A stretch of 59,861 nt of DNA, filler included, from Porpidia crustulata (Eukaryota): the NCBI GenBank assembly GCA_964255105.1. It is 7 parts of 7 records of this genome, joined end to end, with 100 filler letters (N's around TTAATTAATTAA, not from the genome) between each part and the next. Parts side by side here need not be neighbours in the genome. Positions count along the whole stretch, not along the records: positions 42,844 to 51,307 come from CAXUWE010001113.1; positions 51,408 to 59,861 come from CAXUWE010001114.1; 5 more parts are not named here. One strand, 5' to 3'. Positions 47,212-59,861 of the stretch are shown piece by piece. How positions within the stretch are numbered: position 1 is the first letter of the stretch; the number at the start of each line of letters is the position of its first letter. A program made the translations under genes and the position numbers. Below the pieces are notes generated by a model. The model searched no databases. It saw only the letters and a program-made list of their open reading frames with translations, and was not told where the DNA came from.

Positions 47212-48532
47212 TTGTTGGAAGTAAGATCGTAGCTGACTGCGGATGGGAACCAATGCTTTGGCGACTGTTGCGGGCATCTGTCAAGGCCATTGATGAACAG
47301 CGTGCAAGACCAAGGATTGAGACTAGCCCTCAATCAACAGCCTGATATGTGGCCTATCATCAAAGCAGACCGCCATGTTATGGGGAAAGGGGCGGACTTT
47401 AGATATAGAGATATTCTTGCGGTCTTTGCCCGTCGAATGATACGCACTACTACTTACTCCATAAGCACCGACCAACCATCACGCTCTTTTTTCAGCTCAA
47501 TGATACTTGAAGTCTTAGATCTGTATCTAGAGGTCCTTGGTCCATGTGCATAACGTAGACAGGAGATTTTCGGATGGTGCAGTTCGATTAAACTCTTACA
47601 ATAACATAAATATTATTGTAGGTTTCCTTAATGGAGGATGATCAATCCCTTGAGTATGGAGAATGGATCTGATGCAAACAGAAGATAGGCGAGCCAAGCC
47701 TTTTAGCCAGCCTTATGTCCTTTTATCTCTCCATCATCAACAAATCCTACTAAGAGAGCTAGGATCAATAGATCATCACCAGGCGGTACTTGTACTTATT
47801 CGAGGTATGTTGTTTCATTATCGCGCATCCAGTACGGGAATCGACGCGCGCAGTGCTGCGCTCGTTGGCCAAATTCCCATACTCTAATCCTGTCACTATG
47901 GGCTGTAGGCATCAACACCACCCATGCCTTACCTTACTCGGTGGATTTGCTCGCTCGATTAAGGAATTCTTATCGCCAGTATTGAGTTGCTGACATGATT
48001 TCGCTCTTCTGTAGGATAAATCGCCCTTGGGAAATCTCCACGCGTCACCACTTATATCCATTACCTTCCGACCCGTGGCGTAGGAAAGCTTGCTGCTCTC
48101 TTACACGCTGGACACTATACCCAGCTCTGGCAGGAGTTCCGTTGAACCATAACGATCGCCCCCCCACTCCCTACACAGAGCGACTCGACTTGATAACTGC
48201 CAACCTCCGAGGATTCCAGACAGACACCAAATGGTCGTTCAGTGACGCCCATCTTTTGTGGTTTCTCTCTATCCTATTCAAGCCGCCCTAACACGGTTGG
48301 AATTGCGTCAACCCTATATCTCTGATCAAAACCTTGCGACAAGACTCGTCCTATTTAGGGATCAGAGCGAGCCTGAGACCACTAAGAAAACCGAGGCGCG
48401 ACACAACACAAGCCTATCTGTGTAGGTCCTCATTTGAACTTCGTAACTTTAAGTTAAGATAGTATCTCCTCTGTCCGTTCGGGATTGTAAAGACTCAAAA
48501 ACCGTTAGAAGATATCAATAAGTGGTTTAGAA

Positions 48533-50255
48533 ATGGGCCAACAGCCTTCAAAATCACGAGATGGCTCTAGAACACCTATAAATGCGTCTTCAACTTCTCT
48601 TGATAGGAGTATAACCGATGGTCTTCAATCTTATCCATCGTTCAGCAAGTCGGATACGAGAGATTCATCCCGCTCCTTCCGAGGCGTCATACGATCCAAA
48701 ATCCCCGGCTCAAGATCAGATAGCCCAAGGACATCGCTTTCGAACCTTGACACTGGGGCTACCGATCGTTCTGACGCAGCATCTATCAAATCCGCTGCCA
48801 GCGGTAGGTCAAATGGATCCAAGGCGCAAACTTTGCTTGTCCCTGCCCAGGAGGAGGACCTAGCGCCAACCCCAGACAGGACAGAATCACCCGCTCCTGC
48901 TCCACCATCTCCAACGATGTCTGCAACCGTCGGTAAAGGACATGCAGCTGTGACTAAAGCGCAACAGCAAGGGGAAGTGGACCATGTGTCCGATGTGGGC
49001 CCAACAGGAGCTCTACATCCATCGCACAATCAACAGCCTGGAGAATCGATATTGATGAAAAGCAACTCTATAAACCCTAAGGCTTCCGACACCCCAAAGC
49101 TTAAAGCCCTTAGAGATGATGACAGCGTGGCCGGCTCACCTGGGATTACAATCGGCGCATTAAATTCCATTGACCTAGACGATATGATAACCAGATTACT
49201 GGATGCAGGATACTCTACTAAAATTACAAAAGCTGTCAGTCTCAAGAATGCCGAAATTACGGCCATTTGTACTGCAGCTCGCGAAGTCTTGTTAGCCCAA
49301 CCTGCTTTGATAGAGTTATCTGCTCCGGTGAAGATTGTAGGCGATATACATGGTCAATATACCGACTTGATCCGGATGTTTGAGATGTGCGGCTTCCCAC
49401 CAAATGCCAACTATTTGTTCCTAGGCGATTATGTGGATCGAGGAAAGCAGAGCCTGGAGACAATCCTACTTCTCTTCTGTTACAAGCTCAAGTTTCCCGA
49501 GAATTTCTTCCTATTACGAGGTAATCACGAATGCGCGAACGTCACTCGAGTCTACGGCTTCTACGACGAATGTAAACGAAGGTGCAATATCAAGGTTTGG
49601 AAAACATTCATAGATACATTCAACTGCCTTCCAATTGCTGCTATAGTCGCTGGCAAAATATTCTGCGTTCACGGGGGTCTCTCGCCAAGCTTGACACACA
49701 TGGATGACATCAGGCAAATCGCCAGGCCTACGGACGTTCCTGATTACGGTTTATTGAACGATTTACTCTGGAGTGATCCCGCTGACATGGAGACTGACTG
49801 GGAAGCAAACGAAAGAGGCGTGAGTTATTGCTTCGGGAAGAAGGTCATCATGGAGTTTTTGCAGAGACACGACTTTGATCTTGTGTGCCGAGCGCACATG
49901 GTGGTTGAAGACGGTTATGAATTTTTCAACGATCGGATATTGGTGACAGTCTTCTCCGCTCCTAATGTAAGTTTTCGAGCTATTCCAGTCCTTCTCGACA
50001 AAAGCTAATGCTTTGATAGTACTGCGGGGAATTTGACAACTGGGGAGCGGTTATGTCAGTATCAGGGGAGTTGCTTTGCAGTTTCGAATTACTCAAGCCG
50101 CTGGATTCGAGCGCCTTGAAGAACCATATCAAGAAAGGCCGTAATAAAAGGAACAGCATACTCAACAGTCCTGTAAGTGCCTTGGATTTCAGCTGTACAT
50201 GATCAATCTGGCTAACACGAAAAAGCCCGCCACCGTCTCCGCCCAGAGCTTCTGA
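48533..50255 (+). CDS. PPZ1: serine/threonine protein phosphatase PP-Z, 3 exons
   Basis: Myristoylation-type start MGQQPSK, Ser-rich disordered N-terminus, PPP motifs [32 protein letters not shown]. Introns 49966-50019 and about 50173-50225. Confidence 0.95.
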
Positions 50256-51307
50256 TTGGCATCTGTCCATATTCTCGGATGTAATTGGGGACAAGTAATA
50301 TCTCGGATTGCTGCACGGCTCTCTGCTCGTGCGCGCAGATGTACCGATAGTTGTTGGAAGCACCACGAGCCATGCTGTAGAAAGAATTCGGAACAAACAT
50401 GAACACAAGGCGCAGCTCGTCGGTCACGTTTTTGGGGCCCGCTACCACGAGATGTGCAGCAATTTGTGAGTAGTTTGCATGCTAGAGGTAGGCAGTGGTG
50501 GAAGTAGCCAAAAGTCCTGGCGACTCCGACGCTGCGACGAATGTGTGATTGTGCGCGGCCGGTCGGTGCGGACGGTGTGCTAGCTTCTATAGGTGATGAG
50601 TCAACGAGATATGAAAAGGCAGTTGTTGAGGTTTTTGCTTCGTGACCTGAGAATAGCAAATCTGGTTGGTGCAATTTGGCAGAATCCTTTGTCTTACGAG
50701 GAGAAAACTCCATTGGTGATGAATTTTATCGCACGAAATATCTTCTTTTATGACATCCCCGAGAACATTTGAGCGGCTCTTCTCCTTCATCCATACCTCT
50801 CCTCTAGCCGCGACAGGTCGACCACTCGAGCGAGATTACGGCATCAGTCTATTTCTTCTTCCCTTGATTTACTCACCTTATCTACCACTCAACCCCAACC
50901 CCTCCCCTACCTACCTACTCCTTCTCCTCCGAACCTGATTAGTACTCAAACCGGCGATCAAATAACCCCATCGCGACTTCTACATTTAAGGTGTACTCAT
51001 ACGAACCGATTCCCTTCCTATCCCATTTCTAGTCATAGCTTGCTGGAAATTTCAAACTGCTGGCTTGCCGTCTCTGATACTCTATCGAAATTTAGCCTAT
51101 TTTCAAAGGTGATTGCACACTTTACAGGAGTGACTATCCTCGGTCCAAATCTACCAGGGAGATGATTGATTTCGATCCTCTAGGAAAAGTCTACTGAGAC
51201 AAGGAGATCCTATCATGCCCCGACACAAGCCCGACCGATCTCGTCCCATCGCTAATGACAATATCTCAACCCAACACGGCATCCACCAAGAACCCAAACC
51301 CAAACAC

Positions 51308-51407
51308 NNNNNNNNNNNNNNNNNNNNNNNNNNNNNNNNNNNNNNNNNNNNTTAATTAATTAANNNNNNNNNNNNNNNNNNNNNNNNNNNNNNNNNNNNN
51401 NNNNNNN
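51308..51407. other. artificial contig spacer
   Basis: N44-TTAATTAATTAA-N44. Confidence 0.98.
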
Positions 51408-53211
51408 TCTTCCGCTTCTTCGTCGTCGTTGTCGTCATCTTCGTCATTTTCTTTGGGGCCTTCGTCATCGTCGTTGTCGCTGTTTTCGTCTTCTTTGTCC
51501 TCATCCTCTTCGTCGTCGTCGTCGTCATCGCCGTCGTCGCCGTCCGACGCTTGGACTTCGGCCCCGTTGACGGGATCCTCCTCGGCCGCCGTTTCAGGCT
51601 CCGGCGCGTCGCCTGTGGGCGCTTGCTCGGCCTGCGCTTCACCGCCTTTCTCCCCGTCGCCGTTGCCATCCTCTTTCATAGCTCGGAGCACTTTGATCTC
51701 TCCCTCCATCTTCTCCGCCATCTTCCGCACGTCCAGCAAGATGTAGATGCCCTGGATCAGCCGCTCGAATTCGCCACACACCTTGGTCGTCGGCATCACC
51801 AGCCGTTGCGGGATCTTGAGTTCCGTCAGCGCAGCGGCGATCTTCGTCGACTGCACGTTCGACTTAGCTTGCGAGAGCTTGGTGATTTTCTCGTGTCGGA
51901 ACGTCACACCGGCCGTGAGCCGCTCGTGATGGCTGACGCCGTATTTAAGCTGTTCGCGCGGCGTGAGTTGGCGGTGGGTGGATGAGAGAGAGCCTTTCTT
52001 ATCCGAGGCGGCGCCGCTCATCGAGTGGCGTTGGTTGCGGTCGTTTTGGCCAGGGTAGTTTTGGTTGGAGCCTGCGCCGCCGGGGCTGGAGATGCCGTCG
52101 CCGCCAGGACCCATGAGGGAACGGCGCTTTTTATTATTCTTGTCAACGTTGAGGAGGGTCTTCATGAGCTCGGTAAGCTCGTTGCTAGATTGGTACATTT
52201 GGGTGCTGGCGGTGCTTGGGGGGGCCTGGAGGCGTTCGTAGAGTTCTTTGCGTTCGCGGGAGAAGCGTTCTTCATTAGTGACAATGCGTTTGAGCTCTCC
52301 GAGCAGGATTTCCTCCTCTTTGATTTCGTCAGGTGTCCGGTGGAGTAGGCCTTCGGCAAGCTTCTTCCGGGTGGTCTCACGCCCAGGGTCGAATTTTGTC
52401 ATCTTTTCGTGGAGGTCAAATTCTGCGGTTGACATGCTGGACATGGGGTGGTGCAAGGCCATAGCCTTGGCGGCGACATCATAATATCGAGCTTTCATGT
52501 CCTCCATACTTCTTGGTGTAGATTGTACAGTAAGAGCCATTGCGTCTCCCAGTGCCGGGATTTCGCTGGGTTGGTATTCGTATCTATCCCCAACGACAAT
52601 CCACCGAAGGTCGTAGTCTTTAGCTATACTTATCAAGTAGTCTGTTTCTTCTTTGCTCCAATTATCGCTCTTCAGATGTGTCTCGTATTGTTCATCCGTG
52701 TAGCTTGGACCCTCTACCCTTACATTGAACTTCGTGAAGGGGTAGGCTTCTGTCTTGACCGGCTTCTCATCTGTCTCCATCTCCGAAGCCGCATTCGAAT
52801 CCGCAGGCGTTGCGGGAAAGTTCGGGGCATTCGTATCCCTTTTCTTCCAGTGCCGAAGCATCAAACCATCTTTTCGAGCTTCATTCCGAAACGGCGTCAT
52901 TTCCCTAAGACAATCAGCCCGCAAGCACATAATACCCTCGCGAGTGCAAAAAACCATGGCGCAACCTTGTGCGACCATTTCGGCCTCTCCCTGTATCTTA
53001 TATGGTCGGTGATTGCAACGGGGGGTGCGCGTTCGCCGAGTAATGCAAAGAGTTCCCTGGTTATACCCTCTACCAGGAATTAATATGAGGACAGTCTCAA
53101 TTGGAGAGCTAACAGACCTGGGCGCTTCTCCACAGTTTTCTGCTTCTTCACTGGTCTTGGATGCCCATCCTTGGGGAGATCCAAAATGTCCCGCATGTCG
53201 GTGCTCGCCAT
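51408..53211 (-). CDS. SWC4: SWR1/NuA4 subunit Swc4 (Eaf2/DMAP1), 3' truncated
   Basis: MASTDMRDILDLP..EKRP-EGITRELFALLGERAPP..W-EMTPFRNEARKDGLMLRHW; SANT domain WSKEETDYL..YDLRWIVVGDRY..EDMKARYY; acidic tail runs into the gap. Confidence 0.94.
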
Positions 53212-53484
53212 CTTGGAATAAGTAGTCTTGAGGCTTTCGTGCAGAGTCAGACTCTATGTAAACGGCAGGTTGAAAAAGTTGATCCCAGCTCAGGCCGTGG
53301 GAGCCTGATATGGATGCCCCCTTGAATTTGTAGTGAATTTGGGGATTCGATGTTGATTCTCCGGGGCGGAACAATCGAGAAGGCGGCGGAACTCAGGATC
53401 CCTGCAAAGTTTCCAGAGCGCCAATTTCGCAAAAGGACTTTCGTGTCCATCAAGCTCAACCTCCACCGTCCCACACCGATAATA

Positions 53485-54279
53485 ATGAAGATCTCGCACT
53501 CAAGGCCACTGGGCCTGCTGAAGGCTATGGTGCTCTTCCTCGCAGTAGGATTTATAATACCAATTCAAGCTCTGTACTTCTACATCGAAGGCACAACCCC
53601 CAAGTGCTTTTATGAGGAGCTTCCCAAGGACACTTTGGTAGTCGGTGAGCAAAACCCCCCAATATTTTCTCCGATCATACTAGGCTCTCCACACATGGAT
53701 TGTAGTATCCAAAACCCAACTGAACACTAACCCTCTCTAGGCCACTACACCGCCAAACAATATTCGTCCCAAACCAACAGCTTCGCCCAATCCCCCGACC
53801 TCAGCATGACCATCACCGTCGACGAAGTCTTCGACAACGACCACCGCGTCGTCTCCACCAAAGGCTCCTCCAAAGGCCGCTTCACCTTCAGCGCCGCCGA
53901 CGCCGGCGACCACCGCATCTGCTTTACGCCCTCGTCCGGCGCCGCCTCTCACGGCTGGCTCAGCTCCGGCCAGCCCGTCGGCGGCGTCAAACTCGGCCTC
54001 GACCTCGTCATCGGCGAGAGCAGCAACATCGAGAGTACCGACAAGGGCAAGATCGAGGGCATCGTGCAGAAGGTCAAGGACCTCAACGGCCGCCTGTTGG
54101 ACATCCGCCGCGAGCAGGTGTTCCAGCGGGAGCGGGAGGCGGAGTTTCGGGATCAGAGCGAGACGACGAATGCGCGGGTGGTCAGGTGGACGATGCTGCA
54201 GTTGGTGGTGTTGGGAGTGACGTGTGCGTGGCAATTGTCGCATCTGAGGGCGTTTTTTATCAAGCAGAAGCTTACTTAG
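53485..54279 (+). CDS. p24/gp25L family cargo receptor, alpha type, 2 exons
   Basis: Signal peptide; LYFYIEGTTPKCFYEELPKDTLVVG-HY; GRFTFSAADAGDHRICF; REREAEFRDQSE; di-lysine-type tail FFIKQKLT. Intron 53645-53740. Confidence 0.92.
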
Positions 54280-56174
54280 AAGGGTTTTGGGTCGGGTTTC
54301 TCAGGGTCACGTTATCTCGAGCAGCAAAGTTTTTCAAATCATTCGTTGTCTACAGTCTACTGCGTCTCTTGAGACTACCTTCTGAGACAGAATTGCCCAG
54401 CGTGACTGCCAGCTTCCAACGATTGAATAACCATCTCACAAAGTGGTTGTCGAAAGAACCCTTCACGAATCCGACCGCTTTCATTGCGAATACCTGTGAT
54501 GCAAGCGATCATGTCTACCATTGTAGATTCGAAGGAGTGCTTTCAGTTTTACGTTTGTCCATGACTTGATCTCTTCGCTATGATATGATGTGGAGAACCC
54601 AAATGTTATTTCTTACACATACTCCGCCAATCTCACTATTACTAATTGAACAAGCAGACCTATTGCCAAATGCAGCGCAAAGGCCTCAGGTTCTGGAACC
54701 AATCCACAAGCAGCACCGATCTCATCCTATATCGACTAAGGAAACAAACGTCTTCCTCAAATAGAAAATGGTCGACGCCAAGCACACGGTTCAGCACCCG
54801 GGGCAAGCATCGTAGCGTCATATTGTCCAACTCTAGGAGAGCATGATGTAGCGCCGTAAGGAATCAGCCTGGCCCTAGAAGTCAAGAACTGTGCAACGTT
54901 CCAAGGACAGATTGATCCTTCCTTGTGTCTTGAGCCATTCTCGCGTCACGCACCTTCTCAAAGGATCAAGCCCTGGCGACTTGTGATAAGCAAAGTTATG
55001 CCCAAAGTAAGAGATACGACCGCGTGTGCTCAAAATATCTTCTCTTGCCAATAGAATCCCTGATGTAGATCAATCCGGCCGGCCAAAGCAAGGTTGATGA
55101 TAAGCCATTCGAAGCAAAGTCAACGCGAGGGTAGGATCACGTTGGTAAGTCCGGAGGATGTCACTGATCCTGCAGTCAGTATGGATTGCGATCCTTAAGA
55201 TTTGGGCGGCTGGCCTCCCATCCTAAGGATAGGGTTGCGATCCTTCGTCTTTGGGCGTCTAGATAGCACACAAAACACGGCTGGAGGTCGCAAGATTCGA
55301 AGGCATAGACTCGGGTAAAAGCAAGGGATTCGCGGCTTGTGTTGTAGCTATTAGGGGGAAGAAGGTCGTAGGATGAAGCGCTGTAGGAATCGTTGGAGTG
55401 ATGACCGGATCCAAAGATTGATTGGAAATTCCCGGGTACGCGCTGTAGAAGCACTTGGAATCCAGTTGGCATGCCCGACAAATTTGCAACACATGCTCGA
55501 TCTTTTTAACCTGGAAGGTCGCAGGACCATTACGTGGAAGAGCAGAAGTTGGTCCAGGCCAATCAGCCATGCTTCTAATAGATCGTAGGATCGTTAAAAC
55601 CACGCACACTCAATAATCCCTGGAAAGCTGGAAAGAATCTCTGATCGAAGCAGTGTCTCAATTCCGCCTTTTCGCATTGCATGATAAGCCTGGCATGTCC
55701 CGCTCTTGCTGTTGGCATCGACTTAGCCCTGTCTTGCGTTGATATAATAGAACGATGTCAGCAATTTAAGCTATCGTCGACTATTACAAATGGTGACCCC
55801 AGTGCCGTAGTCCTCAAGATCGGTATACTGGCTCTCCGCTATTCATAGAGCCACCGATAATTTGTTGTGACATACTTCGCGCGGAAGGCCAGCTGCCCGC
55901 TCGAGAGGCGTGATGGATAGTTTGGAATAAGGGCTCGCTCATTGAAAGGAAAGCCGAGGCTTGTATTAGAAGAGCCTTGGGATTGGTGGCAAGACTTAGA
56001 GTTCTGCTTGAGGAGTGTAGATGGAAATCCAGATCGGTACCATCCAATGGTCCTCATGTGACATTGTCTTTTGTAGCAACTCTCCAGCAAATTAGCACTT
56101 AGATCTCCACAATTGTAGCCTCTCAGCACCGATGGAGTCTTTCTCCCACTCCGAACACGAGACATCCTACACTC

Positions 56175-56772
56175 TCAAACGTTTGCCATCCCTGGCCTCC
56201 AGATTTCTCCAATCCTCTTCACCTCCGTGATAAACCTTGGGCTTTTGATCTCTCCTCCCTTTCCCTTCCCCGCAGCTACAGCCATAGGCGTATGCTCATC
56301 CGGCGTGTAAAACGGGTTCTGCAATAATCGAATGTACGCAGTCTGCAGAGCCTTGAACGCCGGTCTCACGTCTCCTCCCTCGACCGTTCTTCCTCCTCCA
56401 CGGCTCCCTGCGCCATCTCCGCTCGGGCCTTTCCCATACCTATCTACAAAGATAGCAATCCTAACACCTGTGCCAGTCTCCCAGCCCCAGATGCTCAGAC
56501 GTTCGTCCACGTGCTGTAGGAGACCTAGGTCCTGATCTACGGAGTCGCTGTTCCTGTTTCTTGTTTTGAGGTCGAATAAGTCCAGGGATGCGTGGAGGAG
56601 GAACGAAAACTCGAGATAAGCGTTAGGCTGGGTGGATGCGGGTGGGAAAAGGGCAATGTGGAGAGGGTTATCCTAGTTATGTATTAGTTGAGAAGAGGGT
56701 ATCTTTGTTAGGAACATTTATTACGTATTTGCCTACTATGCCTATACAGGCGATTGAGGGGACAGAGGTCAT
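56175..56772 (-). CDS. TCA17: sedlin-like TRAPP subunit TRAPPC2L/Tca17, 2 exons
   Basis: MTSVPSIACIGIVGKY-DNPLHIALF..FLLHASLDLF..DLGLL..VDERLSIWGWETGTGVR..LQTAYIRLLQNPFY (longin fold pattern). Confidence 0.85.
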
Positions 56773-57154
56773 GAGTGTGAACGAGAGACTAAATTGTGGA
56801 TGCTGATTGATAAAGGTGATGGAGACACAAAGATGGCCTAGGTAGAAATTGAATCCAGGACCGCGCTTAAGCTTCAGTGCTATTGGTACTGCTTTGTATT
56901 CTTACGCTGTAGTTAGTGATCAATTGATGAGTCTGAAAACTATCAACTTGCTGGAACTTAGTCTTTTGCATCCTTCCATCTAGAATCTAAGACCATATCT
57001 ATTGTAAAGTAAATGACTACCGACGAGTCTCCAAAAACCCAGATATACACATTGAAATCGCGTTATCTCACTCTCTGTAGCGATTACAAGCGCTTCCATA
57101 ATTCATCAGTATGAGCTAAAGACGAAGCAATGAAGAGAAGAGCATAAGTAATCG

Positions 57155-58513
57155 CTATTGTGTACAGCTTCCAACTGGAGAAGGAGGTGATGATACCATC
57201 CCGACTCTTGAATAAATCACAGTCTTGCACCGCTGCATTACTTTGGCTGGGACTGCCAGAGATGGATTTGGCTCCGAAGTAATGAAGATATCGTTCGTAA
57301 TTCTAATGCCGTCCTCAGAGGTCGCGCCATGCTCCAGGGTGTTTGCTCGAACGGCCGTGGTAATCCAGTATGCGTAAGGATCCAATTTACGTTTTATAGA
57401 GGCCTTGGTTTCCAACGTGTGTTCGCCAGTCCTGGCGGACTTCTGCGGTATCCTTCTCGACCTATTAAGATCTGCCCGTGATACCCCAAGCAAGCCAGGA
57501 AGTAGCCTTTCCACTAATGGCTTGAGGTGCATCAAAGATGCGCATATCAAGCCTGAGCAGTATTCCATTGCAATCCAGTTCCTAGTGGAAACCATATGCC
57601 AAAAAGGGTCCGCCCAGTATACCGTAGCAGGAGTCGATGAAGTAAGCCGGACGATCAGTGATACGCATGGTCTAACGCCTCGTCAGCAAGACGACGAGAT
57701 CAGAACCCTACTATGAGCAGGTAGCCCGAACATACACGAACCCGACTGTGAATACTCCAAGCAATAATATTCTCCGTCTGAGTTGCATGTGTAGGCTCCA
57801 AATTATCGGCATTGGTAAAAGTATGATTGTAACGTCACTGATCAGATTGAATATGGCCTGACCTTCCAACATGCTTGTTTGTGAAAGACAATTTGTTGTC
57901 AGCGCAATTTCCCATGCCTCATCAACAGGCACACACTGGAACGCGGCGACCAGAGCAATCACCACACCAATGACCCCAAAAACGAGCATTAGGCTCTTGA
58001 CACATATTTGGAATCTTACCGGAGGAAAAAGTCGAAGGTAGAGGAGAAGAATCGACAGTTTGATCGCTGTTATAGCTAGAGGGTACAGGATTTGAAGAGC
58101 ATAGGAGGCCTAGCCAAATGTTATTACTAGTAAGTCGAAAGTCTTCCAAGCATCCATCGTACCATCAAAATGTAGGGCATATTGACAGCAGGTGGCATGT
58201 CCCAAATGTGCATAGCGGCATGGTGAGGTATGCAGGATAGTGTCAAGATTGTTTGCGCGAGAGATAGGAGCTAGAGTTACAAGTCAGGACCAACTCGGAA
58301 CTGTGAGGATGGTAGTACCGTAGCGGCTACAAGGACGAAGTCGTCCCAACCTGGGCTGACAATCGCAAAGTACCTGCTAGCTAGCCTCAGTGCAACAAAG
58401 AAGAGCGCAAAGCTTATCAAGGGTATCTGAACCACCAAGAGCTCTTCGCTCCTGGTCGGAGGGTTGACATGATTTGTTGGGTGCGCAGTGGAATTTCCAA
58501 TAGCAATGAACAT
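57155..58513 (-). CDS. PTH11-like integral membrane protein (fungal rhodopsin-domain family, no CFEM), multi-exon
   Basis: FVALRLASR...GWDD, KLSILLLYLRLF, FQCVPV..AW....CL, FNLISDVTIILLPMP.IWSL.M..RRRI, W...E...GLICASL..LKPL. Confidence 0.87.
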
Positions 58514-58850
58514 TGACAGAAGCGCCACGAAAGGGCCAAAGGACTAAGTTGAGAACGATATTGATTGCAACAGTGTGTAGAGCTCTACTAAAGCAACTTA
58601 CAGTGTACTGAGGTGGAAGCATTTTTGTAGTAATTGATGTCTTTGAAACAAATCAAGCCGATGTGGAAACTGCGATGTAGTGATACCTCAAAAGGAAAGA
58701 CCCGAGTTCGGACGTTGTGATAGTCACCATGGAGCTGAATCACTGGAGCGCATCGACTAAGTCATTCCTTTGTAGGATATCGTCGGTCTTGAGGAATTTG
58801 TTGACGAGACAGGTCAAGAGCGACTGCGTAAAGGAATAACAAGAAATCAC

Positions 58851-59435
58851 ATGCAAACCCTTCACGGATGGATGTCAATGTTGAATTTCCAACCACGGTA
58901 CAACCCAAGCTTTGCGTCGCATCTTACATCTCAGTCATACAGTAAAGCAAATATCTCAAAAATTATGCACACTTCAGTTAGACCTGATATCGAGGATCAT
59001 CGTTTGATAGAAATTGAGAAGGCGAACATGCGTACATCACAAGCCACTTCTAAAGAAACCGCATGGGACACATTTCGGAGAAACATATATCGGCGCCGCC
59101 AACAGCTTTCATCGCCATCATCGTCGCTACAAGGACCGAAGAACGACGCTGATGAGCGTCCTTACTCTGGTCCTCGGCCAGAGGACAAGGAAGAATCCAA
59201 GTTTGGTGAGGCACTATTGGACATGATGCAACGAAGCGGTAGATTCAACTACTGCGATTTCGGTGACAGTGGGCATGAGAGTAAAGAGAGTCAAGAGAGC
59301 ACTGAGAGTGAGAAGAGTCAGGAGAGCAAAGAACATCGACGGCGGTGGACTCTAGACTCAACTTGGCGCAAAGTATCCAATCGTGCCAATCAAGCCCCTC
59401 GCTTCGTCCACAAGGCTGTTAGCTCCCCGCGCTAG
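58851..59435 (+). CDS. hypothetical protein (doubtful)
   Basis: 194-aa low-complexity ORF with ESx tripeptide repeats; ends about 120 bp before the next gene's ATG. Confidence 0.3.
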   Translation: MQTLHGWMSMLNFQPRYNPSFASHLTSQSYSKANISKIMHTSVRPDIEDHRLIEIEKANMRTSQATSKETAWDTFRRNIYRRRQQLSSPSSSLQGPKNDADERPYSGPRPEDKEESKFGEALLDMMQRSGRFNYCDFGDSGHESKESQESTESEKSQESKEHRRRWTLDSTWRKVSNRANQAPRFVHKAVSSPR

Positions 59436-59554
59436 GTCATATCATCACCATCTCAGAATTATCGAAACTCCATCGACAACTCAACCTACAATCATCAATT
59501 CCTCGGATTGCGGATAGACCAACTACTCTCCCGATCACCTCTTGTCCCATCATC

Positions 59555-59861
59555 ATGCTTGCAACCAGGTGGTCAGCAGCCGCCCTGGCATTGCGTGGTA
59601 AGTTCCTCCCAATGCGGAGAAACGGACGCCCGCCACACATCCAATCAATAAATCTAACAAATATATAGCCAAACCTTCCACTGCTCTTCTTCCATTCCGA
59701 GCTGGTTCGTCAGCATTCATATCCAACTCTTCTGCCAGATCAGCTACGGAAATACAAAAATCCCGCGATGTTGAGGGCCCGCCACTCAGTGTTACCGGCA
59801 AGGTCCGACGAGAAGTGCCCTTGCCGAGTCAAGAGAAGAAAGAAGGCGCCATGCAATATGC
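59555..59861 (+). CDS. NDUFS7: NADH:ubiquinone oxidoreductase PSST (20 kDa/19.3 kDa) subunit, 5' part
   Basis: Missed by the ORF track. MLATRWSAAALALR, intron 59598-59668 (GTAAGT..CTAAC..TAG), then AKPSTALLPFRAGS...VRREVPLPSQEKKEGAMQYA; EVPLPSQE..G..QYA is the segment preceding the conserved core in fungal PSST. Confidence 0.82.

Noticed and set aside
27564..54279. Two p24-family genes in one window as a cluster
   Set aside because: They lie on different contigs separated by artificial spacers and belong to different ancient subfamilies.
1..59861. tRNA, rRNA or CRISPR features
   Set aside because: GTTCGA-like matches fall in coding DNA or lack cloverleaf arms; no repeat-spacer array was seen. 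A tRNAscan-SE/Infernal run would be decisive.

Overview
Genomic DNA of a filamentous ascomycete (short GT-AG introns, Pezizomycotina-type genes); the exact taxon cannot be fixed from the sequence alone. The window is not one locus. It is seven contigs of about 8.46 kb, sorted by size and joined by six artificial 100-nt spacers (N44-TTAATTAATTAA-N44), so only within-contig neighbourhoods mean anything. Contig 1: ZZ/EF-hand protein, COX10, hypothetical proteins. Contig 2: secreted pepsin-like protease, Zn2Cys6 transcription factor, hypotheticals. Contig 3: GRX4, MMS19 (with a probable GC-AG intron), MTD1, RPF2. Contig 4: p24-gamma, CYK3 (truncated). Contig 5 is accessory-like: a piggyBac transposase fossil, an NLR (unclassified helical N-terminus, NB-ARC, TPR) head-to-head with a frameshifted CYP52-like P450, and several MITE/TIR pieces. 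Contig 6: a disrupted gene with a Myb-like N-terminus and a putative R-S-E ADP-ribosyltransferase-like domain, MAK31, PPZ1. Contig 7: SWC4, p24-alpha, TRAPPC2L/TCA17, a PTH11-like membrane protein and the 5' end of the complex I PSST subunit. No tRNA, rRNA or CRISPR array was found. The best candidates for something new are the NLR-P450 head-to-head pair and the Myb-like/ART-like pseudogene; both are hypotheses that need homology and synteny searches.
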